A stretch of DNA of 63,042 nucleotides, the filler included, from Reticulomyxa filosa (Eukaryota; Protista; Foraminifera), in assembly GCA_000512085.1 (NCBI GenBank). It is 20 parts of 20 records of this genome, joined end to end, with 100 filler letters (N's around TTAATTAATTAA, not from the genome) between each part and the next. Parts side by side here need not be neighbours in the genome. Positions count along the whole stretch, not along the records: positions 37,428 to 38,485 come from ASPP01015246.1; positions 38,586 to 39,585 come from ASPP01039476.1; positions 39,686 to 40,910 come from ASPP01029111.1; positions 41,011 to 45,470 come from ASPP01038094.1; positions 45,571 to 46,754 come from ASPP01020870.1; positions 46,855 to 50,387 come from ASPP01039345.1; 14 more parts are not named here. One strand, 5' to 3'. Of the stretch, positions 37,769-49,800 are shown one piece after another. Below the pieces are notes generated by a model that had not been told where the DNA came from, searched no databases, and worked only from the letters and a program-made list of their open reading frames with translations. Numbering within the stretch: the stretch's first letter is position 1; each line of letters begins with the position of its first letter. The translations under genes were made by a program, and so were the position numbers.

Positions 37769-38485
37769 ATGTCTGATCAGACTGGGAAGAAGAGGGCGCT
37801 CATCACCGGCCGCCGCTCCTTGATCGCCGCAGCGGGTCTCGCCGCTCCGATGTTCTTTGTCCGCAATGGCTGGGCCGCCGGCAAGTCCATGTACGTCGGC
37901 ACCTATACCGGGGTGCAGGGCGAATACATACGCCGGCACGTGATCCCGAAGTTCCAGTCCGACCTCGACTGCAAGGTCCTGCAGACCGAGAACGTGACCC
38001 TGGGCAATATCGGCATTCTTCGCACCCAGAAGGCCAATCCGAACTACTCGGCCATGATGATGGACGATGTCGGCGTGCCGATTGCCAAGCAGGAAGGGCT
38101 GATCGCGCCGCTGCCCAAGGACAAGATCCCGAACCTCGCCAAGGTTTTTCCGAACTTCGTGTACAACGACTCGCACGGGGCGGCCTTCGCCATCTCGACC
38201 GTGTCGCTCTGGTACAACAAGAGCATCAAGCCGCTCGAGAGCTTCGCCGACCTGTGGAGCGAACGCTTCCGCGGCCGCTACATGATGGTGACGCCCAAAC
38301 AGACCAGACGGTGCAGCTCCTGACGGTTGCCGCCTCCCTGGCCACGGGCAAGCCGATCCTCGAGGCGCAGTACGAACTCGACAAGGGCTGGGCCAAGATG
38401 GCGGAGCTGAAGCCAACGTGCAGACGATCTACGAGACGTTCGGCAATGCCGTGCTGCAGGTCTCGCAGGGCCAGGCCGATGTCGG
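37769..38485 (+). CDS. Bacterial ABC substrate-binding protein (PotD/PotF-like) with Tat signal, 3'-partial, apparent frameshift errors near 38305 and 38418
   Basis: RBS AGAGGGG upstream. GRRSLIAAAGL...GWAA is a twin-arginine signal. EGLIAPLPKDKIPNL and LWYN...SFADLW follow, and the frame continues as QLLTVAASLATGK. Confidence 0.88.
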
Positions 38486-38607
38486 NNNNNNNNNNNNNNN
38501 NNNNNNNNNNNNNNNNNNNNNNNNNNNNNTTAATTAATTAANNNNNNNNNNNNNNNNNNNNNNNNNNNNNNNNNNNNNNNNNNNNTGCATCCCTTTATAT
38601 TTTACAT

Positions 38608-39585
38608 TTACATATGATTTGTTAAAAAAATCAATTTATAAACAAGTTCCACAAAACGAAAGAAAGTTAACCCAATGGTTTCAATCTTTTCAACATTGAA
38701 TTGGGCAGCAAATTGATCATATTTTGAATAGAAATGATGCAACAAGGACACAACGAATGAGGGATCTAATATGGAAGACAATTGGGTAAAACCCATGAGA
38801 TCGGACTGAAAGACAGTCGCGGATTGAAACTGCTGTTTTAAAAATTGCTTGCTTTGTTCGGGTATAGATTTGCATAGCAATTGTTGTGCAACAAACAATG
38901 GTAACAACACTGATGTTGATTGCTCTCTCTCTTTTTTCGACTTTTCAATCGCTTCTTCATACACAATATTCCTTCTCCATTCCTTTTCCTGCTTATACCC
39001 AATTATCATACTTACCAATAGTACCGATGTGTCAATAGCAAACGTAGGAACATTTACTACACATCCACAAATGGGAAAAAGCACACAAACACAAAATTTA
39101 TATATGTACGTATACATATAACATGTGTGTAAACATATATAAGTATATATGTACATAAAAAAGTATGTATGTTGTAATATAAAAAAGTAACTGGAATTAT
39201 GAGAGAGGAAACCATTGTCAACAAAAAAAACCATGACAAAGGAGGATATGCCGATTTCAAAAAAGCGGAATGGAAATACGCTAAAGGACAAGATATAAAA
39301 GACATTGGCAATAAACCTGGCAAATAAGCGATTAGTTTCGGCAGTGACGTAGGTGACACCCAGCACGTGCAGCCAAAAAAAGACATACACGACAATCATG
39401 CAACGATAAAACTGCTTGCGTTGTTGTCTGCCATGGGACAATATATGCGAAATGCAAATTAGCAAAAGAAAGATAAATGCCACGATAGCTTCCACAAGCA
39501 GTGGAATTAGTAAGTTCGATTGAATGTAAAAATTTGGAGGTGGTGTTACGTTTGAATTGAAATCTTCACTCACACTGCTGTCGTG
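38608..39585 (-). CDS. Membrane class III nucleotidyl cyclase (probably guanylyl), internal fragment
   Basis: TM helices, then LLPLFVAQQL...ATVFQSDLMGFTQLSS...VVSLLHHFYSKYD...VEKIETIG. Confidence 0.88.
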   Translation of the reverse strand, partial: HDSSVSEDFNSNVTPPPNFYIQSNLLIPLLVEAIVAFIFLLLICISHILSHGRQQRKQFYRCMIVVYVFFWLHVLGVTYVTAETNRLFARFIANVFYILSFSVFPFRFFEIGISSFVMVFFVDNGFLSHNSSYFFILQHTYFFMYIYTYICLHTCYMYTYIYKFCVCVLFPICGCVVNVPTFAIDTSVLLVSMIIGYKQEKEWRRNIVYEEAIEKSKKEREQSTSVLLPLFVAQQLLCKSIPEQSKQFLKQQFQSATVFQSDLMGFTQLSSILDPSFVVSLLHHFYSKYDQFAAQFNVEKIETIGLTFFRFVELVYKLIFLTNHM

Positions 39586-39685
39586 NNNNNNNNNNNNNNN
39601 NNNNNNNNNNNNNNNNNNNNNNNNNNNNNTTAATTAATTAANNNNNNNNNNNNNNNNNNNNNNNNNNNNNNNNNNNNNNNNNNNN

Positions 39686-40910
39686 ACAAGTCCTTTGATA
39701 AGAATGCAGTTACTTATGCAGTGTTATTGTATATTTCCGCTGCATATGACAGTGTTTGGAGAGATGGATTAGATCAAAACTTCAAAATGAATTCTACTTG
39801 AAAGGAAGATTGTATTGGTGGATCGATAGTTTTCTCTCTAACAGATTTGGGAGAGTGGTGTTGAATGGAGTGAATTCAGAGTGGAAGCAATTTCACACTG
39901 GAGTCCCACAGGGATCATGTCTATCACCATTGTTATTCCTCATGTACATCAACGACTTGGACACAACAGTTCCAGAACCAATCCAATGTGGAATGTTTGC
40001 AGATGATGTTGCATTGTGGAGTTCAATATTTACAAGTAATGTCCATGAAATGCAAAATCAAATGGACTTGATACAACGAGCTTTGAAGAATATTTGTTTA
40101 TGGGCAAATATGTGGAAAATGGTTCTTGCTCCAGAAAAGACGCAATGCATTACTTTCAAAAACAAGAACAAGAAGAAATTCCTCCACTCCAACTCAATTT
40201 GGATGGAATTCCAATTACAGAAACAGACAATGTCAAGTATTTGGGGTTGATTATGGATTCACAATTAACGTACCAACAACACATCAACTACATCTATGGA
40301 AAAGCATCACGTAAATTGGAATATTTGACATGCTTGTGTTCCTACAAAGGAATTCGACCATCATTATCAGTGTACACATTACTATTCAAAACGATTATTC
40401 GTCCTTCTCTTGAATATGCATGTGCCTTTTGGAATGGCGCTTCAGAAGTTCACAAGAAGAAATTGGAACGAATTCAAAGAATTGCAATATGTAGAATTTT
40501 GGGAGTGATGCATGCAACTGCATATGACACAGTCAATGTCATTTCTCAAATTCCTCCACTTGAATTAAGACGACAACAAGAAGAAGTAAAAATATTCCAG
40601 CGATGTATTAAATGGTCTGGAAGATTCTATAATCACAATTTGGTGAAATCTTATTGGATGTGGGAGGAACACAAAACTACAACTAACATGGACAGGTAAA
40701 TTGTCAACATTGTCTCGAGGTTGTATTCTTGCATCTGAATTGAATGTCCCAGAAGTAGAGCCTGATTTACAAAGACATGTTGCAACTCCACCAATGAAAG
40801 TAACAACATTTCCGCACTCAGAAAAGTCACCATTCGCAAAGTCCAGCGAACCAACAACTGATCAAATATTGGTTTCCATTACTGATGATTGTGTGGTAAT
40901 ATTTTGTGAT
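39686..40910 (+). mobile_element. Non-LTR retrotransposon (LINE) pol fragment: RT plus start of RNase H, decayed
   Basis: AYDSVW, GVPQGSCLSPLLFLMYINDL, FADDVALW, VKYLGLIMD, IIRPSLEYAC, LELRR, and VVIFCD at the end. Three frameshifts. Confidence 0.93.
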
Positions 40911-41010
40911 NNNNNNNNNNNNNNNNNNNNNNNNNNNNNNNNNNNNNNNNNNNNTTAATTAATTAANNNNNNNNNNNNNNNNNNNNNNNNNNNNNNNNNN
41001 NNNNNNNNNN

Positions 41011-41644
41011 TGTTCTGGATCACATGATAATACTGTTTGTGTATGGAATACAGACACAAAGCAATACTAATAGTAATAAAAGTAATAATATTGATGTGAT
41101 TGGTGGAAATGGATATACAATTTGTTCTGGATCATGGGATAAAAGGATTTGTATCTGGGATATTGAAACAACCAAACAGATTATTGTATTTAAAGGACAT
41201 AAAAATTATGTGAATAGTATAAAATATGGATCAAACAAATTAGTAAATATTGGTGGTTCAAACACAACATTATCTGGATCAGATGATAAAAGTGTTCGTT
41301 TATGGGATATTCGATATGGTAAACAAATTCAAATATTCAATGGACACAAACATATTGTATGGGCTGTTGAATATTCACCATTTGTGTTAAAAAACAAAGT
41401 CAGTGGTAGTTCAAATGTGATATGCTCTGGATCAAAGGATAACACAATTCGTTTTTGGGATATTCGATCAAATAAGAAGGAGCTATATTTGATCAATGGA
41501 GATAAAAACGAAGATAATGGAATACATTGTCTTAAATTTATATCATTGAAAAAGAAAATAAAGGATAATAAACAAAAATCAGATGATTGTATTGTTAGCT
41601 TATGTTATGGCTCAGAGAAAGGTTTAATTCGTGTCTGGAAATAA
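41011..41644 (+). CDS. WD40-repeat protein C-terminus (same expanded family as 2511-3085)
   Basis: GYTICSGSWDKRICIWD, LSGSDDKSVRLWDIR, ICSGSKDNTIRFWDIR, LCYGSEKGLIRVW. Confidence 0.88.
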
Positions 41645-41853
41645 ATACATGCAAATGAAGTTCTTTTTTTTGAGTTTGCTATAATTTCTGCAACTGTCAA
41701 ATTCAAATATTAAAATATTTCTAAAGTAGTATTTGAAAACTATTTACTTAATTATCTAGTGACAGTCTTGGATGTTATAATTTCAATAACTGTTTTGTTA
41801 TAGATACATATATTTCAAAAAACATGTTGAATAAGGCAGATTTACAAATTGTA

Positions 41854-42940
41854 TTATTTTTTTGTTATTTTCCATTTTTCATTCTCTTTTTCAACAAATG
41901 GTAAGCCATTATGGATAGTATATATTGCGGCAAGTTCAATACTAGTATATTCTTGAGGTGCTATTTCTGCAGTAAACATTAAAAATAAATTGATATTGCA
42001 ATTGCAACAACGCCTTTCCATAAATTCTTTTTTTTTTTCTTCATATTTTTTTTTATTATTTGATTGCTTTCTCCATGATTCAAAGAAAGATAAGTAATAA
42101 TTGATCAGAGTTATTCCTCCTTCAAGTAAAATTTTATAGATAATGTTAGGGTCAATTGTATGGTTCCACATTTCACTTATTTGCATAGTTTGTTGTACAT
42201 ACTGATCATATCTTGTCCATGTCAATAATATCATTTGCGTACATTCATCTTCACTCTCTATTTTTGCGCTCCATGCAGCTTGTTCTTTATATACTGTCTC
42301 TTTATTATAACCACTGACAAAAGACCTTGCAAACAAAATTTCACGTTCATATTTGAATGGAGATATTCACGATACAAAATGTTGCATGGTCTTCTCATAG
42401 AAGGATGAAAATGCAAAATACATCCTTGATTACTTCTGTATATTTTTGCGACTTCTATATCATCAGAAGTACTTACATGACTTATGAAAAATCCTTGTTT
42501 GATTTCTTTAATATTCTCCAATCTCACTCCTTTTAATCCACAATATAATTCCATTTCACTTTCTTCTACTCTTTCATGTTTATTCAAAATATATATAGCT
42601 TCTTGCAAAAATATATCCAAATAAGGCCATAAATAATGTCTAAATTTATTTGATCATAACTGAATGGAACATTACATGATTTACCACAATACAATACAAT
42701 TACACAAATATGCCATAATTGAAGTGGATACCCCATACGTTTATGAATACAATATCTTCAAGTCATCTAATATCGTTAATATTTTATCATTTAATATCAA
42801 TTCACCATTTTCATCCTTTTCATTAGAATTAATTTGTTTCTTGATTCTTTGTTCACTTTTTGATAATAGGTTTTTAGGAATTAAATCAATCAAACAATTA
42901 TTTTCTATCACTTCATTTAGCAGTTTCTGTAATTGTTATT
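41854..42940 (-). pseudogene. Mono-ADP-ribosyltransferase (ARTC/R-S-E-like) family pseudogene
   Basis: ELYCGL ... SHVSTSDDIEVA ... VS*ISPFKYEREILF gives the strand-1, STS and ExE motifs. There are frameshifts near 42740, 42645 and 42375 and a TGA where Trp is expected. Confidence 0.75.
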
Positions 42941-44514
42941 TTAGCCTTTTATGCAAAACACCTTTTTAATGGAATGTTACTGCTTTTTTCTTTCCTCTGG
43001 AAGTACACAATTGCGAGACACTATCTTTGAAACGTTACAAACATCAACATTTTGCTCTCTTTTGAAGGAGTAAACGCACTTTGACAAAAGATTTGGCTTT
43101 GTCTATCGAAAACAAAGAATAATCCAGATTTTAACATTTATATATTTCTGAAATTAGGAAATGCAATACAAAGGCGGAAACTTCTTATTGTGTCAAACTG
43201 TTGTACAATTGTTCATGTCCTTATGATAAACAATTCATATTTAGGTATGAACATAGATTATTTTAAGTTTCTACCTCTCAAATAAGAATAACGCAGTGCA
43301 AAAATCCTAAATTCTTCCTAAAAAGAAGTAATATATCCATTGCTTTCAAGCAAGCTAATTTTGTGGATGACATAAACATATTTCCAACGATATGCTTGTC
43401 ATTCAAGAAGTGTTTTCGCAATATTGTCCCAAATAAAGCACAAACTTCACATAGTGAAAAACACGTCCACAACGACTTCTAGTGTTGCCAAGGCGACAAT
43501 AAAACATAAACATCAAATTTGTTACTGATTTACTGCGAGCTGTTCGTGTCTTTGCTCAAGAAACTGATTTTGTTCCCAAAACTGGCAAAAAGAGGCATAT
43601 GGTTTTCACTTATATTCATACTTTGGTTTTTTGTACTGTTTTTGATGAGCCAACATTTCATTGGCCAATTAAAACCAAAATTTTTTTTGTTATCTTTTGC
43701 AAGAAATGAAATAAATGTGAAAGTTTTGCTGTTTCTGATCTCTTGAAGTGGTTGGATATCGTTTGTGGATTCTGCAGACAAATTTGTGATACGCACAAAA
43801 AAAATATATACTTATGATTTTGGCAAAAAATGTATGCAATGGCAGAATTTCATCAAAAAGAAGCAATTTTAGAGAACAATACCATTTACTCCCTTCAATA
43901 CTTTGTATAATTTTTCTGTACAGTTTTTGAATAATACCTCTGTTTTACTTTGGAGAATTTTTTTTTGGGCATTTTTTTTATACCGGTCGGTTCTATTGTA
44001 TTGAGCATGCATATGATCGGTGCCGTATCTATTGAATAAGGGCCGTATCAAGTGTTGGAAATTGACATGACTGGCAGACACAGCAGTCGTTTGCGGCCAG
44101 ACGCTGTCCTGTGATAATACAACATGGGATTTCATTCTTACACGATATACGATCCAATCGACACAACAAGACATCATAATTGCAATAAGGGCATTGTGAA
44201 TGTTCTTGGCTTTCGTCTTTGTCTCCAGTTGGTGGACTTCTACGACAAAAGCAACGTTTAGATTTATATTGCTGAAATTTTTGTTATTTTCCTGCGCTTT
44301 TTTTTGTATATTGAAAAAACCAAATAATTGTATCAATTGTTTTTTGATACGACAGATGGATCATTTCTCGATATTCTTTGATCATTTAGCACTTGTGCAT
44401 ATTCATAAGCGCTATGTATCATCTGCTCTCTCTGACATTGAACAACTGAAGTCAAAATTGGGACAATATGAGCTGGAAATTTGCGGAAATTTTGGGCAAC
44501 TCGAAGCAATAAAC

Positions 44515-45067
44515 AAGCAGTTTTTGACAGATTTAATGACATATCACAAACTTTACAAAAATAAAAAACAATATGACGCATTAATAATGATAATATCGGG
44601 ACATGGAAAAGCTGGTGACGTATTGGTAACAAGTGAGAGATATATAATTTCAATTGATGAAATTCGAACATCGTCTGATTGCAATCAAATGAAATCGTTT
44701 CAAGATTTTCCCAAAATCTTTATCATTGATATTTTTGTCGTGGCAATAATACCCCCCCCCCAAACAGCAAGCAATTGTTGGAAAGAAAGGAGGAAAAGGA
44801 TAAGAAAAAAATAATATATATAATGATAATGGATTTTTAACAATATGGCCAACAACAAAAGGATATCAAGTGAGTGATTTATCATTATTCAATGAAAACA
44901 TGAAAGACACAATTTTCAAAATACAAAATTGGGTATTCTTTAAATCAAATGTTAAAAGAAATTCGAGAAGATCTTTATAAAAAAGGTAGTGGTGAATGGT
45001 ATTGTGTGCAAAGTGAAGACACTATACTTATTACGAAATCTTTTTTCAACAAAGAAAATTTGTGTAA
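44515..45067 (+). pseudogene. Caspase-like (peptidase C14) pseudogene
   Basis: YDALIMIISGHG, then FPKIFIIDI+CRG after correcting the T run at 44732-44736. The small-subunit-like NGFLTIWPTTKGYQV...LNQMLKEIR...WYCVQSEDT follows. Several indels. Confidence 0.78.
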
Positions 45068-45570
45068 ATCTTTGTTTTTTTCTTACAAGAAATAAGAAAA
45101 TTGTTCATTTGACTTTAATGTGATTAAATTAATTGTTTTTGTTTTGTTGTGATCCAAGTTGAAACATGTCTGACAAGAGAGTGATTTATAATAGTGTGGA
45201 TTTTTTTCCATGAAGACAAGCAAAATCAACAATGTAGTATAAGTTGCTCTGGCAGCAGCGAAACTTAGAGAAGTAGAGCCCCTTTTTTTCTACCTTACTT
45301 CTTTTCATCCTCACTCTCACTCGTTTTCTTGTTGTTTCATTTCTTTGAACTAACTATTCGTTTTTACTTTTTTTGAATTACTCAAAAGCAATCTTTTCTT
45401 ATTACACTTTGTGCAAGTCTTCAGTTGGGTAATCTTTCAAAACAGGAATCAATAAATGAAAAATTAGTAANNNNNNNNNNNNNNNNNNNNNNNNNNNNNN
45501 NNNNNNNNNNNNNNTTAATTAATTAANNNNNNNNNNNNNNNNNNNNNNNNNNNNNNNNNNNNNNNNNNNN

Positions 45571-46560
45571 CCCATTCCATCCGTCCTTCCAAAAAAAAAA
45601 AAAAAATGTATATTTATATATATATATATATATGTAACCTGGCATTCCAATCTCGTGATACATTTGTCGATACAAGGCGGAACTCGGGTCAAAGATCTGC
45701 AACAACGGTCGAATATCGAGCGCGTCATCATCACCATTGAGGCTTGAGACCAAGTCGATGTTATTGTAACCTTGAGGACGAGGAGACACGACTTGGAGAT
45801 CCTCATCCATTTTGGTGGCTCGGAAGCTCTCCTGGTAACTCAAGTCGATCGTCAGACTTTTCAATTGCCTATGCTTGAAGATGAGGATTATCAAGGCCTT
45901 TTGGGCGGCGGCGATGTGTTCTTTGGCGGGCTGTCGCAGTTGTTGTGAAGGGGGCCGAATGGAAAAGTTGAACTTTTTTAAGCTTTTGTTGCGAGTCAAG
46001 TGATGGAACAGCTGTTCCAAGAACGATAACGATAGCATTGCCATTTCGTCTTGTTCTTCTTTTCTCATCGTTGATGTGAATACTGTTGCTTCTTTGCTAT
46101 CGTCTCCTTGTTGTATCGATTGTTGCTGTGATTGTTGCGCACTTCCACTGAAGTTCTGAAATGAAGACGTCGCCGACGAAGCGGACGGAGCGAATCCAAT
46201 GGTCAGATTCAAGCGATGCAACATGGGATGTTCTTCGAGCAATTGACACAGCCATTGCCAAGACTCAATCCGAAATGGAGGTTCGATTGTGATTTCCAAT
46301 TGCCGCATTTGCGGGAATGGGAAAGATGATGGTATTGCAGGAATCCGTTTCACTCTACCACTGCTACTGCTATTGCTATTACTATTATTATTGCTATTGT
46401 TGTTGTCATAGTAATGATGCAACATCAAATACAAGTACTCGCTTAGCATATTGTCCTTGCTCGTCGACACATTCGACGGCAAATAAAACACGTATTCCAC
46501 GCACTGTGGCAATGTGGTTATCACGTAGCATAACTCGTCCAAGCACTTCAATATGGTTTC
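45571..46560 (-). CDS. Hypothetical protein, internal exon, possibly LRR-like
   Basis: About 300 open codons, with LHRLNLTI, SLKKFNFSI and QLKSLTIDL spaced LxxLxL strands. Confidence 0.55.
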
Positions 46561-46587
46561 ACACCACTCGTCTTTTTGTTCATTTTT

Positions 46588-46664
46588 GTTGTTATTGTTA
46601 TTGTTATTGTTATGTTATTGTTATTGTTATTGTTATTGTTATTGTTATTGTTATTGTTATTGTT
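46588..46664. repeat. (GTTATT)n hexamer microsatellite
   Basis: About 12 tandem copies. Confidence 0.9.
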
Positions 46665-46854
46665 GCCATTGCGTTGTGCATCTATACGTCATTGTTATCA
46701 AATAATTTTGGGACATGTTTTTGTTGTTTTTTGAGTTTTTTTTTTTTTTTTTTTNNNNNNNNNNNNNNNNNNNNNNNNNNNNNNNNNNNNNNNNNNNNTT
46801 AATTAATTAANNNNNNNNNNNNNNNNNNNNNNNNNNNNNNNNNNNNNNNNNNNN

Positions 46855-49800
46855 TGATGTCTAAGTCAAGTAATGTGGATATTGTGTTATTTTTTTGGCC
46901 AGACATTGACTCATTCACAGATATTAAACGAGGCAATTCTTCTTCCCTTTTTTTGAGAGTGTTATTGGAAGTCTGTTCGACTGTTTGCATAAAGGTGTCG
47001 CAAAGTGAATTGGACAATTTTTACGTGGACAAACAAACTGTGCAAGACAAGATGGAAGAAGAAGAGCAGAGTATGGGAGGTGGCATTCAAGTCGGAATGA
47101 AAGAAGAGCAAAAAAACGACGTGTCCTGCAATGTCGAAAAAATGCAATCATTTCTAATTGAGAAGGAAAGAAAGCAAGGTAGTTCAAATGTAAGTGTGGC
47201 CTCAAAATATGCATTTGTAATCGAAGGAGCACAGTCCACCATTCTATGTCATTGCTCCATTCAAGAACACGTAATCGAACCAAAGCCACTTCAATTTACA
47301 TTTTCAAGCAAAGAAGAATTAATGAATTACATTAAACAAACCGCACAAACATATCGATTAAAACTTTGGGACGAGGCTTTTGATACGTGGGGAAAAGCAC
47401 TTATTTTTGCGGAATCCATTTGTCCTGAGTTGATTGAGGTTCCAAAATTTATTTATTTATGTGATATTATACACGCATATGCATGAATTTTTTGTTGATA
47501 AATGGACTAGGAATTTGATCGGCAATCACGTTTGATTGATAAAGAGCATAAAACACAGATTAGCACAGCGCAGTCAACAGCACAAGAACTATGGAATTCT
47601 GAAATGTTGGGACTTGAATTTGAGTATGGCGAAATATTTGCCTACAAATGCAAGGATAGAAATCTCGCAGAGATGAGAGAAATGGCAAAGGGGTTGTCAA
47701 ACGAAAAAACTAATAACTTTTTTTCTGTCGGCTGTAACAACTCGAGTGCATCTCCTTCGAAAAAGGATTTTGACAATGGTATCGTGGCCTTAACAAAATT
47801 TATTCCAAACAATCCGTCATATCATGCATTTTCAAATAACACCTTTAGAGAGTTGGATAGTGATGTTAAGAAATTGTATAAATGGTACGAAGACGACCTA
47901 AGTAAGGTTGAAGAATCGGTTAGGAAACAATTCGAACAGGAAAAAAGAGAAGCAGAAGAAAGAAAAGAAAAAGAAAAAGAAAAAAATAAGAATAAAGACA
48001 ATAATGAAAATAATAACAACGATAAAAATACAGATAAAGATAAAGATAACAAAAAAAAAGAAGGAACAAAAGAAGGAGAAGAAAATAAAGATAAAAATAA
48101 AGAAGAAACAAAAGAAGAAGAAAATAAAGATAAAGACAAAGATAAAGATAAAGAAAATGAAAAAAACAAAGAAAAAAAAGAAGTGGAGCAAAGGGAGGAA
48201 GCAACAAAAGAAAAACAAGAAAAAATAAAAAATGAAAACAATAACCCAAAATCAGACGACGAAAGGGGACAAACAAAGAATGAAAATAAAAATAATCAAC
48301 AGTCTATTGGAGACAAAACAACTCCCAAGGATTCGCGCACTGAATCTGGATCGTGGTGGATTCCAAAGATCGAGATCCCAAAAAAAATAATCTCATGGTT
48401 AAGTGGTAACACGCAGCTGACGGAAGAAGACAAACAAGTAATCAAAGACAGACTTGCATGCTATGACTATACACAATTGCAAATAAGATGCATAGCAGGA
48501 TTGGGCAAGATTTATGAAAAGTACAAGCAGATATTCATTAACAACAATAAAATCAAACCGGTCTCTTTTCGAGAAGGAGACTTGAAGAAAGAGTATAGCA
48601 ACAATCGATCAAAGCGAGAGTCGGAATTGAACAAAACATTTTTGAAAAAATTGAATGAAAGAATGAACAATGGCAATTCATTGTCTTGTGATATAAACAA
48701 GTATTATAACAACGAATTGAGAGGAAATATCGAAACAAGACTAAAGCCAATTCGACACTTGACATTTTCATTTGGTGATTTCACCACACAAGACTCGAGA
48801 CCTGACCACTTGGAATTAAAACAAGCAGTCCAAAAAAAAATGAATTTGACATTCGTGGAAATGAAGAATTGGTATTCGCATATGGATTGGCTAACAATGA
48901 AATGGTGTTAGTGCTTTCCATTGACAGGAATGTGTCTGATGCCCTGACAGTGGAGGAAAAATATAGTGATGACGACAAAAATGCAGGCAAACAAGATGTG
49001 TGGAGTAAACAATACAATCAGAATTGCATCACCAAAATTTTCTTGTCCTCAAAACAGGTATTAAATAAACAGAAAGCAAAAGAAGAACTGAGAGGTAAAA
49101 TAACATTGGCCGCTTTGAGTGAGCAAAAGCATTCAATGGTGTTGTACGAACGTGCAAAACAACTCATTCACGTATATAAATGGAATGAACGAATTACAGA
49201 CTCTTTGCAACAATTAAAAAACAAAACGATTGATTTAAGCCAACGTGTATCATCTGATGACTTTTATGTCGCAAGCATGTGTTTTGACAACAAAGATGAC
49301 AATTTATACATTTTGGATAACAAAATACAATCTATTGCATTGTATTGGATACTGGTTTGTTCAATAATGAGCGCGAAATTGTTTGTGAAAAGCAATACTC
49401 CAAAGTAATGGTGACATTGGAAGGAGGATACATCGTTGGAATCAAGCCTCAAGAACAAGAAGAAGAAAAAGAACAAGAACAAGTTCCAACAGTACAAGCA
49501 CAGATGCAATCTGATCATAACAATGATGTAGTTACCGAAGGAAATGTGCAAACATCTAGTGAAACACTTGGTGAAACACCTGGCGAAACATCTGGCGAAA
49601 CATCTGGTAAAAACAATGAACCTGGAAGTATGAAGGTAGACATGAAAGAAAAGGAAACGCAACCTCTTGGATCTGAATCGAACACCACCATTACTACTGT
49701 TAATACTGTAATTATTCCCCCAGTGAAACGTGTACCAACCGGTTTGGTAGAATGTGATTTTTATGTACTTGATGACTCCAAAGAACTTGTGCGTAGCTTA

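Noticed and set aside
37376-38416. Long antisense ORFs in the bacterial contig
   Set aside because: Typical stop-poor shadows of high-GC coding sequence.
42365-42375. TGA at an expected Trp position in the ART gene as UGA=Trp or Sec recoding
   Set aside because: The gene has several frameshifts, and TGA terminates intact genes elsewhere in the window.
33759-45067. Caspase-TPR, RT, WD40, ART and caspase read as a single defence island
   Set aside because: They lie on different contigs separated by spacers. Only WD40, ART and the caspase pseudogene (41011-45470) are physically linked, and at least two of these are decayed.
47822-48276. Overlapping Phe/Ser/Leu-rich and Lys/Ile-rich ORFs
   Set aside because: Alternative-frame shadows of the K/E/D/N low-complexity insert.
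48831-49330. Two -1 frame changes at A runs (A9 at 48832-48840, A4 near 49322) suggesting programmed frameshifting
   Set aside because: Each is fixed by adding one A to a homopolymer. The same undercall pattern appears in the LINE and bacterial contigs, and I see no stimulatory structure.
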